A stretch of DNA of 63,976 bases, counting the filler, from Thraustochytrium aureum (Eukaryota), in the NCBI GenBank assembly GCA_012862495.1. It is 5 parts of 4 records of this genome, joined end to end, with 100 filler letters (N's around TTAATTAATTAA, not from the genome) between each part and the next. Parts side by side here need not be neighbours in the genome. Positions count along the whole stretch, not along the records: positions 1 to 27,719 come from BLSG01000158.1; 4 more parts are not named here. One strand, written 5' to 3'. Under the pieces are notes generated by a model that was not told the DNA's origin, did not search any database, and worked only from the letters and a program-made list of their open reading frames with translations. Position numbers and translations under genes: made by a program. The stretch's first letter is position 1, and each line of letters starts with the position of its first letter. Below are positions 1 through 11,688 of this stretch, in pieces.

Positions 1-5
1 CGCTT

Positions 6-50
6 GCGCGCTCGCGGGTGCGCGCTCGCGGGTACGCGCTCGCGGGTGCG
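6..50. repeat. 14-bp tandem repeat (GCGCGCTCGCGGGT x~3) upstream of DNAAF3
   Basis: Read directly: gcgcgctcgcgggt gcgcgctcgcgggt acgcgctcgcgggt. Confidence 0.85.
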
Positions 51-95
51 TGCGACGTGAGTGCGCGGCTGGGACAGCGTGGTGGCGGGATCGGG

Positions 96-1615
96 ATGGA
101 GGGTCTCGGGCGTGCACAGGTTTTTGGGGCGCGAGCCCTGCCGTGGACCTCGCGCAGACGTTCGATGCGGTGCGGGCAGGGGACCTGCACGATGTGCAAG
201 GGGACGAGCTCGTGGTGCTGGTGTGCGGCGCCGGCGACGTCCGGCACGCGATTCGCACGTTTGCTGCGCTTCGGCGTGCCGGGCGCGTGCGACGCAAGGT
301 GCGGCTGGTGCTGTTCGACACGCCAATAGAGTCCATCGCGCGGCACTTGCTGCTGCTGGCCGTCTTTACCGACTGGAAGACGCCCATTCGGACCCGCGCC
401 AACACGTGGCTCGAGGTTTTCGGAAACGCGCTGCTGCAAGAGCGCACGAGCCAGTACGTGGCCGAACTTGGCCGCGACCTGATCCGCTTCGTCTGCAACG
501 GGCATGGATCGCTGGCGCGCCTGGTGGACCTCTCTCTGCTGCGATTCAAGGACACGGACGCCTTGGAGACCATTTTCAAGTCTTGGGGCGACAAGGTGCC
601 GTTCGATATCAAGGAGCTGTGGGACCAGCGGTTGCGGGCTTTGCACGGCCAGCGCTACGATAACCGCGCAGGCCTCGTCGATTGGGACTATCAGAACGGC
701 TTCAAGGCGCACGCTAGCATCATCCACTACAAGCAGTACCGGCACTGGCGCGAGACTGGGGTCGCGTTCGAGTTCGGCGACCAAACGTACACCACCCCCA
801 ACCGCTCGTTGGCTAGCTACGCGCACGGCAAGGAGGGCGGCGTTTCGCGCCTGCGCCGCGGCTACTGGTCCGACGTCGTAGTCGGTCCGTATTTGAGCCT
901 TGGCGTGAGCTGCGAAACGCCCAACCAGCACGCGCGCGACCTCTTCAAGGTGCTCAACAAAGGCACCGCAACTGAGCAGCACCGCCACACCGCCGTTCAC
1001 GTGTCGGCATACAACGTCCTGGGGATGATGCACGAGGTGGAAACAGGCAGGCAGTACAAGATGGCCCTCGCGCATGACGTGTACAGCGGGCTCGACCAGC
1101 ACTCGTCCAAGTGGCGCGCCGATGAGGGCCAGGCCATGGACGCTGCTGGCGCGCCAGCTCTCCGCACGGCGCAGAACCGCGAGGCAGAGCTAGCGGACAA
1201 GCAAGAGTTTGCTCTCGAGTGCGCGCGCAGCGTCCTCGAGCACAAAGACTTGCTCAGCATCGTGCTGGCGACTGGGGACAGCTTCTCCTCCACCTTTTCC
1301 AAAAAGAGGTTCCAGGGCGCTTTCGACATGGTCTGGCTCTCCACCTACAGCGCGCACTTGATCAAGGAGCCCGTGTTCGCGTCTCTTTTGCGCGGCCCGG
1401 GCCGACCAGTCGTCATGGTCGAAACGCCGCGCAACATGGTGATGCTTCAAACTGGCAAGAAGCGCGAGTACCTGGACAAGGTACGCGCGCTTGCCCAATC
1501 GACGGGGATGGAGGAGTGGGTCGCCCCGAGTGCTCCGGCCGACGCTGACCTGGAGGCGCTCGTCTTTACGGCTGCTCCGCCAGCGCCCTCCGACCCGGCA
1601 CAGCCTGTCGCGTAG
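96..1615 (+). CDS. DNAAF3: Dynein axonemal assembly factor 3 (PF22/C19orf51 family)
   Basis: ORF 50..1615 has FWGASPAVDL, LVCGAGDVRH, ESIARHLLLL, EVFGNALL, WDQRLR...RYDNR..LVDWDY, YRHWRETGVAFE, PNRSLAS and RGYWSDVVVGPY, all typical of DNAAF3. The likely start is ATG 96 (MEGLG-VHR-FWG), which requires two 1-nt homopolymer corrections at ~108-125. Confidence 0.88.
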
Positions 1616-1808
1616 GGATGCGCGACTGGCGACTTGTTCTGCGCTTTGCGGCCACAACGGAGGAGAAGGCGAGTAGTTGCCCAAGCCGAGACAGAGTGCC
1701 ACACCAAATCCGACTGAACAAGATCAAATCCGTAATAGTTGAATAGGAAAACGCAGGCGGGCTGCGACGCTGGACCCGGAGGCGGTGTGGAGGCGCAAGG
1801 CGCGCTCG

Positions 1809-3593
1809 TTACGGTGCACCGACCGCCCACTCGGGCAGCACACCGGCCTCGATGCCAAACACAGGCACCCCAACAGCGAAAAACAAACCAGAAAGTAACA
1901 CCACCGAGATGATGTTGAGCACAAACCCAGGCTTGATCATGTCGGTGAAGAGGATCCGCCCCGTGGAAAACACCACTGCGTTGGGCGGCGTCGCGACGGG
2001 CAGCATGAAAGCGAGCGAGGCCGCCAGCGTGGATGGGAGCAACAGCATGTACGGGTTGATGCCGCTCTGCACAGCGACCGGGGCCAAGATAGCGATCATG
2101 ATGTTGCTCGTGGCTGTATTGGAGGCGATCTCCGTCACGAAGCACACAAACAAGGCCAGCAAGGTTACCATGAGCGCCGGCGGCAGCGAGGTGAGGCCTG
2201 CGAGCGCCTCGCCGATCACCAAGCTGAGCCCCGAGGTGGAAAAGCCCTCGGAGATCGCAAACCCGCTGCCAAACAGGAGGAAGAGTCCCCATGGCAGGTC
2301 CGCGACGTCCTTGACGGCCAGGATGCGGGCCTCTTGCAGTCCTCCGTTGTCGTCGAGTTGCGGTGGCAGCGTCTTGGCAGGGACCAAGAAGAGGACGAGC
2401 GCCATGGCGCACGCGATTTCCCCATCCGTCAAAAACGGGCTCCACGAACCTCCGACGGCCTCGCACTCCTTCTCCGCGGCTGCCGCGTTCCCCGCGCAGG
2501 AACCAATAAAGGGGGAAATGGCATAGGGTCGGATGAACCACAAGACGAGCATGATGAGCTCGACGAGCGCGACGACCTTTTCGTCTCGAGTCATTGGGCC
2601 CTGCGCCTTGGCAGCGGCGCGGAACACTGACGTGTCCATTTTAATAGCGGAGACTCGGTCCCCCCGCGGGACATACATGGCCACCAGGATGACCCATGCG
2701 GCAAGCAGGATGGAGAGCGCGACTGGGAACCCGAACGAAAACCACTGGCCGAACGTGATCACCTCACCGAAACGGAGTTGCACTTGCGAGACAAGCACGG
2801 TGTTGGGGGCCGTGCCGATGATCGTGGCCACCCCCCCCGCGGTGGCGCCGTACGCAATACCAATGAGTACGCCTTTCCCGAACCGCAGGCGGACCTGCTC
2901 GTCCGCCGAGGTCCCGTCCCGCGTCGCGGTCGCGGCTGCTGCGTCGCTACGCCCCGTGCTCGCCTGGCCCTCCTTGCCCCCGCCGACGTGCGGGTCTCCC
3001 TTGCGGCTTCCGGGGGTGCCTCTTCGTCGCCGCAGTGGTCTTCATGTTTGTCGAGCACGCCGGTGGCGAACGGCACGAGCATGGCTGTTGTCGCGGTGTT
3101 GCTCGCGAACATGGACACAAACCAGGCGACGGCCATGAACGCGAACAAGAGCAACCGCGGCGAGGAGCCTGCTCGAGTCAGAAACTTGAGGGCGATGCGT
3201 TTGTGCAGGTTTGTCTTTTCGAGGGCTTTGCCCACCAAGAATGACCCGATGAACAGAAAGACGACCCAGTTCATGTATAGGTTGGCGACAGCGGCTCCAG
3301 GCAAGATGCTCGCTGCCGGGATCAGGATGAACGGCAGGAGCGAGGCCACCGGAAGCGGGACGGACCTGCGTGACCCACCACGTTGCTGTCAGGACGGTGA
3401 TCCCGAGCATCACGTTGGCTTTGGGGTGCGCTTCGTCGATGGCGGGGGCTACGGCCAGCACGAGCGCTGTCAGCGGCCCGAACACTAGCCCGAACAGGTG
3501 GGCCTTGGCGTACACGGGCTGCACCTCGTGCCCTGCCAAGCTGGGCGCGTCGAGCACCACCGCGCTTGGGTTGGCGCTTGCGACCTGCGTCAT
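1809..3593 (-). CDS. SLC13/DASS family Na+-coupled dicarboxylate/sulfate symporter (frameshifted in assembly)
   Basis: Consecutive frames give TATWWVT, VPLPVASLLP, FLFIGSFLVGKALEKTNLHKRIAL, SMFASNTATTAML, GGVATIIGTAPN, LPWGLFLLFGSGFAIS, TEIASNTAT and AFMLPVATPPNAVVF, including both SNT motifs. Frameshifts at ~3362, ~3010 and the C8 run at 2831-2838. Confidence 0.92.
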
Positions 3594-4691
3594 GACTCGC
3601 GCTGAGCTAGCCGGGCAGGCCTGCTCTGCTCTGGTATGCTCGCTCAAACCCGCCGCCGCCCTTCGGATGGAGCTTTCTATCGACCTATCGATTGGCGTCT
3701 GACGGCAACTGCGCTCGCGAGCCGCTCTGGCGCGGTTGGGGTGGGTGGGCGGGCGTGTGCGGTGCGCTTTCATCAATCAACCATGCAAAAATCAAGACAA
3801 CCATGTACGCCCAAGCAGCCCGCTGGATGCCATCGTCATTGATTGAGAATGAGGCTTTGCAAGTTGTTCTTGTTTGATTGAGGGACGAAACAGAAAAACT
3901 GCGAGACGATCATCGCCGGAGCGACTCTTGACTATATTCTTGACGCGCTCGAGACTCAAGACTCAAGCTGGCTCCGGCGCTACCAAACTGCCTCGCGGCG
4001 TTTCATGGGCGCTCTCTTGCGGACACAGCGCGGCCGCTCAGCTCCTCCGCGTTCGTGCCGCCCGTGTCTGGTTCGGGGCGCTGCGCTCTCGCGGAGGCGC
4101 CTGCCAGCAAACCGCGCGTGTTTCCAGGGCCTTCGGCAGCGGGCGCGCGCCTGGTCTTGTGCGCGTGGTGCGAGTGAAGTTTGACGCGGTGCGNNNNNNN
4201 NNNNNNNNNNNNNNNNNNNNNNNNNNNNNNNNNNNNNNNNNNNNNNNNNNNNNNNNNNNNNNNNNNNNNNNNNNNNNNNNNNNNNNNNNNNNNNNNNNNN
4301 NNNNNNNNNNNNNNNNNNNNNNNNNNNNNNNNNNNNNNNNNNNNNNNNNNNNNNNNNNNNNNNNNNNNNNNNNNNNNNNNNNNNNNNNNNNNNNNNNNNN
4401 NNNNNNNNNNNNNNNNNNNNNNNNNNNNNNNNNNNNNNNNNNNNNNNNNNNNNNNNNNNNNNNNNNNNNNNNNNNNNNNNNNNNNNNNNNNNNNNNNNNN
4501 NNNNNNNNNNNNNNNNNNNNNNNNNNNNNNNNNNNNNNNNNNNNNNNNNNNNNNNNNNNNNNNNNNNNNNNNNNNNNNNNNNNNNNNNNNNNNNNNNNNN
4601 NNNNNNNNNNNNNNNNNNNNNNNNNNNNNNNNNNNNNNNNNNNNNNNNNNNNNNNNNNNNNNNNNNNNNNNNNNNNNNNNNNNNNNNNNNN

Positions 4692-5701
4692 GCAAGCAGG
4701 CCTCGTTCGGCGGTTTTCAGGGGGCAGGCCGCGAGCCCTCCGAAGAACATCCCAACTACGCCTGCGCTGGACACGCTGCACAGAACGTCGCAGCGCAGTT
4801 GCGCATCGCGCCCATGGAGGGCAAGACGATGGGCGCCAACGTGTACGGGTTCGACCCGCTGCTCGCCCTCGAGGACGAAGCTCTCGTCGCGGTCATCCAA
4901 AACGCGCTGGAGCGGCACCTGGTGCTCGTGTTCCACAACGTCTCGGACAAGCTTACCCCTGTCCAGCACGTACAGCTCGCGCGACGCTTTGGACCCGTCG
5001 ACCCGGCGATATCCTCGCCGCCAAGCTACCTCCTCAAAGGTGTCTTCAACTCGCCTGACCAGGTCAAGCGCGCGCTGGCAGCTGGGGCAAAGCCGGAGGA
5101 GCTCGGCGCAACCATGCTCAAGGCCGCCCAAGCGACAGATTTCCCTCGCGAGCTGACCCGCATTGTCAAGGAGCCCTCCGACCTCATCGCCTTTGGCGAG
5201 GGATGGCATTCTGACCTCACGTACCGGCCAGCGCCGCCGTTCGCCGCGCTTCTCGTGTCGCGCGAGCTCCCCTCGTCGGGCGGCAACACTCACTTTAGCG
5301 ACATGCGCGCCGCCTTTGACGCGCTTCCCGCAGAGACGCAGGCCCGCCTCGACACCCTTGTCGCCAACCACACGGACGGCCACGACATCTGGACGGTCCA
5401 CCCCATCGTGCGGCACGACAACAAGTTCGGCCGCCGCTCGCTCTTCGTCAACAAGGCATTCACGCGCCACATCGTCTGGCCTGCCGAGGGCGACCAGTAC
5501 GACGTCGACCTCCTCGGCAAGCTGCTCGAGTTCGTCGAGTCGCTCCCAGCGACGCTTCCCTCCGCGGTGCTCGACGTGGCCTGGGCGCCAGGGCAAGTCG
5601 TCATGTGGGACAACCGCTTCACGCAGCACGCGGCGCACGCCGACTACAACGAGCGGCGCGAGATGCACCGGGCCATCGTCAGCGGCACCGTCCCATTCTG
5701 A
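4692..5701 (+). CDS. TauD/TfdA family 2-oxoglutarate/Fe(II) dioxygenase (5' end in gap)
   Basis: LRIAP..MGANVYG, LERHLVLVF, GWHSDLTY (HxD), GGNTHFSDMRAAFDAL, HPIVR, LFVN, WDNRFTQH (distal His) and REMHR. Confidence 0.9.
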
Positions 5702-6006
5702 GCCCCGCCGAGCCGAGCCAGTCCTCTTTAGAAAGAAACATGCGCGCGGCGGCGGCGCCACGCTGCCAAAAGCCGCTCGTGAATCTGCTACTCCTACTGT
5801 TCTGTCAGAGTCTCGTTCGCTTTTCGAGTTGCGACCAGCGCCACTTCGCTGGCGGCGCTGCGCCTTGCTTTGTTTGCTCTGTCGCGGCCGCCCTGCTCTG
5901 CGCCGCGCGCTCTCCAGTTGAGGACTTGCGCCTGCTCGCTCGCGCGTCTGCGCAGAGCTGCCGGGCCAGCCGGCCGGTCGGCCAGCTGGGGAGAGCGGCG
6001 AGGAGG

Positions 6007-6915
6007 ATGGCTGGCGGACGGCGAAAAGTCAAGCGGCGACGCTTCGAATCAGCGCCCACGCCGCAGCCACCTCCGAGAAGCCCAATGGCGCAGTGCCGGC
6101 CGCCGGAGCGCGAGGCCCCGGAGCCGGCCGAGCTCGAGCAAGGACTAGCGTGGCTGGCCGATCCAGCGAGTGTGCAATGCACGGCGGGAAAGTTCGACCT
6201 CGTCGAGCTGCTCAACGGGAGCGACGGGCTGGTGCGGATCGATGACTTTCTCCCGCTTCCCGCTGCCGAAGCTGCCCTACAGGCTTTGCGCACGCTGCCC
6301 GAGTCGCGGTGGAGCGTCCGGCAAGACCTGGACGACGCTAGCGCCAACACTACTCAACACAAGTTTTTCGTAGCCAAGCCCGAACCCGGTCCGGACGCAC
6401 TCGGCTACGTGACCCGCATCATCGAAGGCCTGCTGCCCGAGAAGCGAAGCGAGTTTTCTGCGGCCAAGTACAACGCCGGCAACCACATCACAGAGCACGA
6501 CGACCACGCCTACGTCCACCACACCATGCGTGACGGGTCGGACCCCGAGCCCGTCCTCTGCTCCCGCGACGTGGCATTTATCCTGTACCTCACCAAGGAC
6601 TGGACACGCGAGGACGGCGGCGTGCTCGTCGACCTGCAGACTGGCAACGAGTTCGTGCCGCGGTTCAACTCTGCGGTGGCGTTCTTGGTCCCGCGTTTTC
6701 ACGAGGTCACGCCCGTCGTCCCGCGCCAGGGTCGCGACCCGCGCTACAGCGTCTTTGGCTGGTTCCTCGCCGAGGGCGACCTCTACAACTACGTCCCGGA
6801 CCCAAGCGGCCCTGGGGGCGGCGCCCCGCCGCGGCAGGAGGCCAACTCGCGGCCCAGGTCGGGCACGCCGCTCGAAGCCGCGGGAGGCCGCAAGCGGCGC
6901 CGAAAGCGGCGCTAG
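6007..6915 (+). CDS. 2OG-Fe(II) oxygenase, prolyl-hydroxylase/OGFOD1-TPA1-like, with basic NLS-like termini
   Basis: AAKY..G.HITEHDD (HxD), RDVAFILYLTKDW...DGGVL, FVPRFNSAVAF, FHEVTPV and RYSVFGWF. Termini are RRKVKRRR and RKRRRKRR. ATG at 6007. Confidence 0.85.
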   Translation: MAGGRRKVKRRRFESAPTPQPPPRSPMAQCRPPEREAPEPAELEQGLAWLADPASVQCTAGKFDLVELLNGSDGLVRIDDFLPLPAAEAALQALRTLPESRWSVRQDLDDASANTTQHKFFVAKPEPGPDALGYVTRIIEGLLPEKRSEFSAAKYNAGNHITEHDDHAYVHHTMRDGSDPEPVLCSRDVAFILYLTKDWTREDGGVLVDLQTGNEFVPRFNSAVAFLVPRFHEVTPVVPRQGRDPRYSVFGWFLAEGDLYNYVPDPSGPGGGAPPRQEANSRPRSGTPLEAAGGRKRRRKRR

Positions 6916-8756
6916 CTGGCCAGCCTCTGCGGCTGCTCGTCGCTCGCGGGCCCGGCCGGCGAGATTCTCGCCGGAGACATACTCTGGGTACTCTACTCTA
7001 CCTACTGGAGGCATTGGGCAGCTCAACGGTCACTTTTTCCTCCCCACGTCGTGTCCATCCTGGCCTTCCGACACTCGCCCAAGCCCGCGCAGGGCGACCG
7101 CGAGGCAGCGGCCCGCCAGAGCGCGCAGGGGCTGGGGCTAGGCGACGTGCTCGCGCGCTTGCGTGCCAGGGCTGGGGAGGATAAAGACCACGTAGACGCG
7201 CCGGACGGCATTGCGCCAGGCGACGAGGGCCGCTGCCGACGCTTTTGGCCTGCGGCACACTTGCGAGATGCGTCGCGTGCCCGCGTGGCAAGCCATCTTG
7301 GGCGGCGGGGACGGCCGGCAAGAAGACGAGACAAAGCTCCCNNNNNNNNNNNNNNNNNNNNNNNNNNNNNNNNNNNNNNNNNNNNNNNNNNNNNNNNNNN
7401 NNNNNNNNNNNNNNNNNNNNNNNNNNNNNNNNNNNNNNNNNNNNNNNNNNNNNNNNNNNNNNNNNNNNNNNNNNNNNNNNNNNNNNNNNNNNNNNNNNNN
7501 NNNNNNNNNNNNNNNNNNNNNNNNNNNNNNNNNNNNNNNNNNNNNNNNNNNNNNNNNNNNNNNNNNNNNNNNNNNNNNNNNNNNNNNNNNNNNNNNNNNN
7601 NNNNNNNNNNNNNNNNNNNNNNNNNNNNNNNNNNNNNNNNNNNNNNNNNNNNNNNNNNNNNNNNNNNNNNNNNNNNNNNNNNNNNNNNNNNNNNNNNNNN
7701 NNNNNNNNNNNNNNNNNNNNNNNNNNNNNNNNNNNNNNNNNNNNNNNNNNNNNNNNNNNNNNNNNNNNNNNNNNNNNNNNNNNNNNNNNNNNNNNNNNNN
7801 NNNNNNNNNNNNNNNNNNNNNNNNNNNNNNNNNNNNNNNNNNNNNNNNNNNNNNNNNNNNNNNNNNNNNNNNNNNNNNNNNNNNNNNNNNNNNNNNNNNN
7901 NNNNNNNNNNNNNNNNNNNNNNNNNNNNNNNNNNNNNNNNNNNNNNNNNNNNNNNNNNNNNNNNNNNNNNNNNNNNNNNNNNNNNNNNNNNNNNNNNNNN
8001 NNNNNNNNNNNNNNNNNNNNNNNNNNNNNNNNNNNNNNNNNNNNNNNNNNNNNNNNNNNNNNNNNNNNNNNNNNNNNNNNNNNNNNNNNNNNNNNNNNNN
8101 NNNNNNNNNNNNNNNNNNNNNNNNNNNNNNNNNNNNNNNNNNNNNNNNNNNNNNNNNNNNNNNNNNNNNNNNNNNNNNNNNNNNNNNNNNNNNNNNNNNN
8201 NNNNNNNNNNNNNNNNNNNNNNNNNNNNNNNNNNNNNNNNNNNNNNNNNNNNNNNNNNNNNNNNNNNNNNNNNNCTATCGGTCTCATCGAACGACTCGGA
8301 TCGCGAGGCTGATTCCCTGAGCCACCAGTCGGCGCGAGAGCTGCCTGACTCGGCCGCGCCGGGGGCCGCCTTGTGGCTCCACTTCAGCTTCGCAAGCCAC
8401 GTGCCTTAGCCAGCTGGATCGGTACCTGATGGAGCGCGGCGGCAAGCGGGACACCGCACGACCTTCTCGCTGAACAAGCTGGTTCTCGGCGGGCGCCTGC
8501 CGGCCCTTCAATCGCTGGCGTGATTGATGATTCATTTCAACCAATATCTTGAAAGAGCGACGTGCGAGGCCCTGCTTGCCAAGTCAGCGCGCACCTGGCC
8601 TGTTCTCCACAGCAACAAAAACGCAACAGAAACAACCCCACAAACCATTTTCGCTTTCGGGCCCTGACCAAAAGACCAAAGGCAACAAACATACATGCGA
8701 CCGGGCGGGGAAGGGGGGGGCGGGGGGGCGCCACGAACCCACGCTCCTCCCCGCTC

Positions 8757-10170
8757 TCAAGCGTCGTTGTCGTCCCGCTCCAGCGTGTGCCGCTTGCTAC
8801 GAATCCGATCTTGAAGCGTGGCCCCAGATCCGAGGCTCTCTCGCAAGAAGGCGGGCGTCACATCACTGGTCGGAACTACATTGGTGGCATCGCGCTCCTC
8901 CGCCTTTCGCACGGCGTCCTGCTCAGTACGCTCGCGCAGCATTTGCTCGTGCTTTTGGCCCAGGCTTGTCATCTCTCGCAGGCGAGCTTGCCTCTCCACG
9001 GCTGTCAGGGGACCTGAAGACGACGACGCAGGCCCGCCCCATCGCGAGGGTCGCGCACGCGCGCTACTTATAGACCCGCCACCGACAGGTGCCGCTGCAG
9101 CTGCCTTTTGGCGTGCTATGTAGTCGCTCCGCATGGCAATCATCTCAGGCGTTGGCCCGAGGGAGGCGCCTGGAGCCGACGGGAGCGGCCCCGCGTTCTC
9201 GCGCGCCTGCAATCCATACGCAGAGCCCGCGAGAGAGTCCCGACGATTGAAAGAATTGTGCGGGTTGGCGCCCTCAGCGCTCCGAGAGCGCTGCGGAGAG
9301 CCGCAGCCGCGGTTATCGTCTCGCCTGCTACGCTTTACTCTGCTGCTGCTGCTGCTGCTGCTGCTGTCTATTTGTTTTGTGCTTGGACTTGCGGCTCTTG
9401 TGCGCTTTGCGGTCGCTTTCTTTGCGCGACTCGCGCTTGCGGTCCTTATCGCGTTTGGTGTCCTCATCGCGTCTGTGCGTGCGGCGCGGCGGCTCGTCAC
9501 GTTTAGAGCGGCGTACCGAGTGGCGGTCCTTGTCTCGCCTGTGGTCGCGTTTGCGCTTCGGGCTCCGCGAGTCATCGCTCGACGCGTCGCCATCTCGCAC
9601 TTGGTCATGACGGTGTCGCTTTCGGTGTGGAGAGCGGTCTCGTTTTCGGTCTCGACTGTGACTTGGCCCTGTCTGTTCGTTGCGAGCGGCCGACGCGCTT
9701 TGGGCCTCACGCTTCTGCTGCTGGAGGCTCCTCTGCTGTATGGCGAAGAGCGGGTCGTGGTGCTTGAGCCGGAAGGCCTCGTTGGCCTCGTTAATGCCTT
9801 TCCCTTTGTCGAGCCAGAGGGACCCAGGGACGCTGCGCTGTTCCAGCTTTTTGACCTCGCGGTGCTCGTCGTCAAGTTTTTTCTCTGCCTTGCCCAGCAG
9901 GTAGTCGTCGGCGGAAGGCTCGACCGCCTTGGGGCCTTCGTACATCCAGGCGAGCTTGTGCTTCGACTTTGCATTCAGCGCTACGTGGCCAGCGCTCTCC
10001 TGGAGGCTTCTCAGCCTTTCCATTTCGCGCTCCTCCTCCCTTTCCGCCTGCAGCTCGCGGAGCTTGCTGTCCTCAGCAGCCTTGCGCTGCTCCTCGAGCC
10101 ATACTTTCTCCTGATTCCTCTTGTTGCTCGTGTGCCAGCTCTTGGTCGCCAAGAACGACAGCCCGCTCAT
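8757..10170 (-). CDS. CWC25: Pre-mRNA splicing factor CWC25 (one frameshift near 9376)
   Basis: N-terminal CIR_N motif FLATKSWHTSNKRNQEKVWLEEQ...LRELQAEREEERE, then LAWMY, DDYLLGK and HDPLFAI. The C-terminal AYGL, ERQARLREM and LQDRIRSKRHTLER lie in the next frame (ORF 8757..9974). Confidence 0.88.
9340..9367. repeat. (CTG/CAG)n trinucleotide microsatellite in CWC25
   Basis: About 9 CTG units read directly. Confidence 0.9.
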
Positions 10171-10301
10171 CTTCTGCCTGCCTGACTCGACGCCTTTCTA
10201 CACCTGGCTGCCAGTCTGCCAGCACCAGTGGCGCCTGCTCGACTCGAGTATGACGATGAGTGCCAGACGTGCCAATGCCTGTGGCGCGCACGGCGAAAGA
10301 G

Positions 10302-10528
10302 TGAATACCCTGTCGCGCGTACCGTGCGCCTGGCGCGCGTATGTCTGTCGCGTGTAGGACGTGCGCCTGTTGCGCGTCCTCAAGCACCGTGAGCCTGCCG
10401 CGCGCACAGCGAGCGAATGAATGAATGAATACCCTGTCGCGCGTACCGTGCGCCTGGCGCGCGTACGCCTGTCGCGCGTGGGACGGGCGCCTGTTGTGCG
10501 TCCTCAAGCACCGTGAGCCTGCCGCGCG
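10302..10528. repeat. 124-bp-period tandem duplication in a divergent intergenic region
   Basis: tgaataccctgtcgcgcgtaccgtgcgcctggcgcgcgta...tcctcaagcaccgtgagcctgccgcgcg occurs at 10302-10404 and 10426-10528 with few substitutions. Confidence 0.92.
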
Positions 10529-10656
10529 TACGCACGACGAGTGCCCGCTGCTGATGCGAGTCTGTCTGTCTGCCAGTGCTCGCGCGTAGGTGCCTCGCAG
10601 TGGCGGGTGTTCTCTTGGTCCGTTGTGCTCCAGAGCGCCGGTGGCAGAGCCTCTCA

Positions 10657-11440
10657 ATGCGACGCGCGGCGCGTGGTGGCACGGCGCACAGGGGCTTTGC
10701 GCGTTGGGGCTTTGCGCACAGGGGCACGGCGCACCGTGGCATGGCGCATAGCGGCGTGGCGCATAGCGGCGTGGCGCACGGTGGCGCGGCGCAGAGGGCA
10801 GGCCGCGCGGCCGACGAGTACCCAGGCACCGCAGTGCAACGCCTTCGAGCAGTCCAAGAGCGTGCTCGAGGACTGAAGCAGGAGGAGCTCTGCGCCGCAT
10901 GGCCGCTGGTGCGGCGCAAGCTGCTGTGGGCTGGCGGCCTGCGCGACTTGGCGGACGCCAGGCCAGGGCAAGGCTACACCGGACACTCGTTCAATGACTT
11001 CAACCACTGCGACCTGACGACGATGAGGCTCAACGTGGCTGACAGCGAGCACGACGGAAGTATCCCGGGCATTGCACGGGGAAACCAACTCGGCGAGGGC
11101 ATAAGGATTGCAAGCCTCCCGCTGGGCGAGAAGGATAGCGGGAGCTGGACGACGTGCATGATCGGCTGCAACCAGGAGCCCCCCGCGCGACGTCGCGCAC
11201 GTCCAGTTTCGTTCGCGGATCGCCTTCAAGCTGGTCTGGTGCCCGAACGCGAACTTCGATCGGTTTGTTCTTGTCGACGACAGCGGGGCGCTCCTGAACT
11301 CTGGCGCCCCGACAGGAGCATTGCCGCCCCGGGGCGAGCGGGAACGGAATTTTCGCGTTGTTGCCGGGAGCAAGTACGCCGTTGAGGCAGAAAAGTGCGC
11401 GAGCCAGGGCGTCACAGAGCTGGAGCCACGAGAACTATGA
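10657..11440 (+). CDS. Hypothetical protein with N-terminal GxAHx repeats (frameshift at C run ~11179-11184)
   Basis: Globular, motif-like core YPGTAVQRL, VRRKLLWAGGLRDL, GQGYTGHSFNDFNHCDLTTM, GSWTTCMIGCNQEPP. It continues in the next frame as DVAHVQFRSRIAFKLVWCP...FVLVDDSG...GSKYA to TGA 11438-11440. Confidence 0.75.
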
Positions 11441-11497
11441 AGGCGTATGATTGTTTGATTGAAGGCGTATGATTGTTTGATTGAAGGCGTTTGATTG
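11438..11497. repeat. 22-bp tandem repeat in 3' region
   Basis: tgaaggcgtatgattgtttgat x2 plus a partial third copy. Confidence 0.9.
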
Positions 11498-11688
11498 CTC
11501 TGTCAGACAAGGGAACGAGCTCGTTTACAGCGCGAGACGGTGACGCCGCTTTGCGAGACGGTGCGCTTTGTGTGGCAGCCCTCTCGTTGATGGGCAAGGC
11601 ACAGCCTCGTGTCCCATTCCCCCAACCACTACAGTACGTAGATCTGCCACTGGCGTTGCACTCAGAAACGTCGCGCTTTGCTAAGTGA

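Noticed and set aside
7020..8523. Possible gene spanning the 7342-8274 gap
   Set aside because: The flanks look partly coding but have no recognisable domain or consistent frame, and most of the sequence is N.
9328..9370. CWC25 ending in poly-Q plus a peroxisomal-like SKA tripeptide
   Set aside because: Artefact of a 1-nt indel; the conserved CWC25 C-terminus continues in the other frame to 8757.
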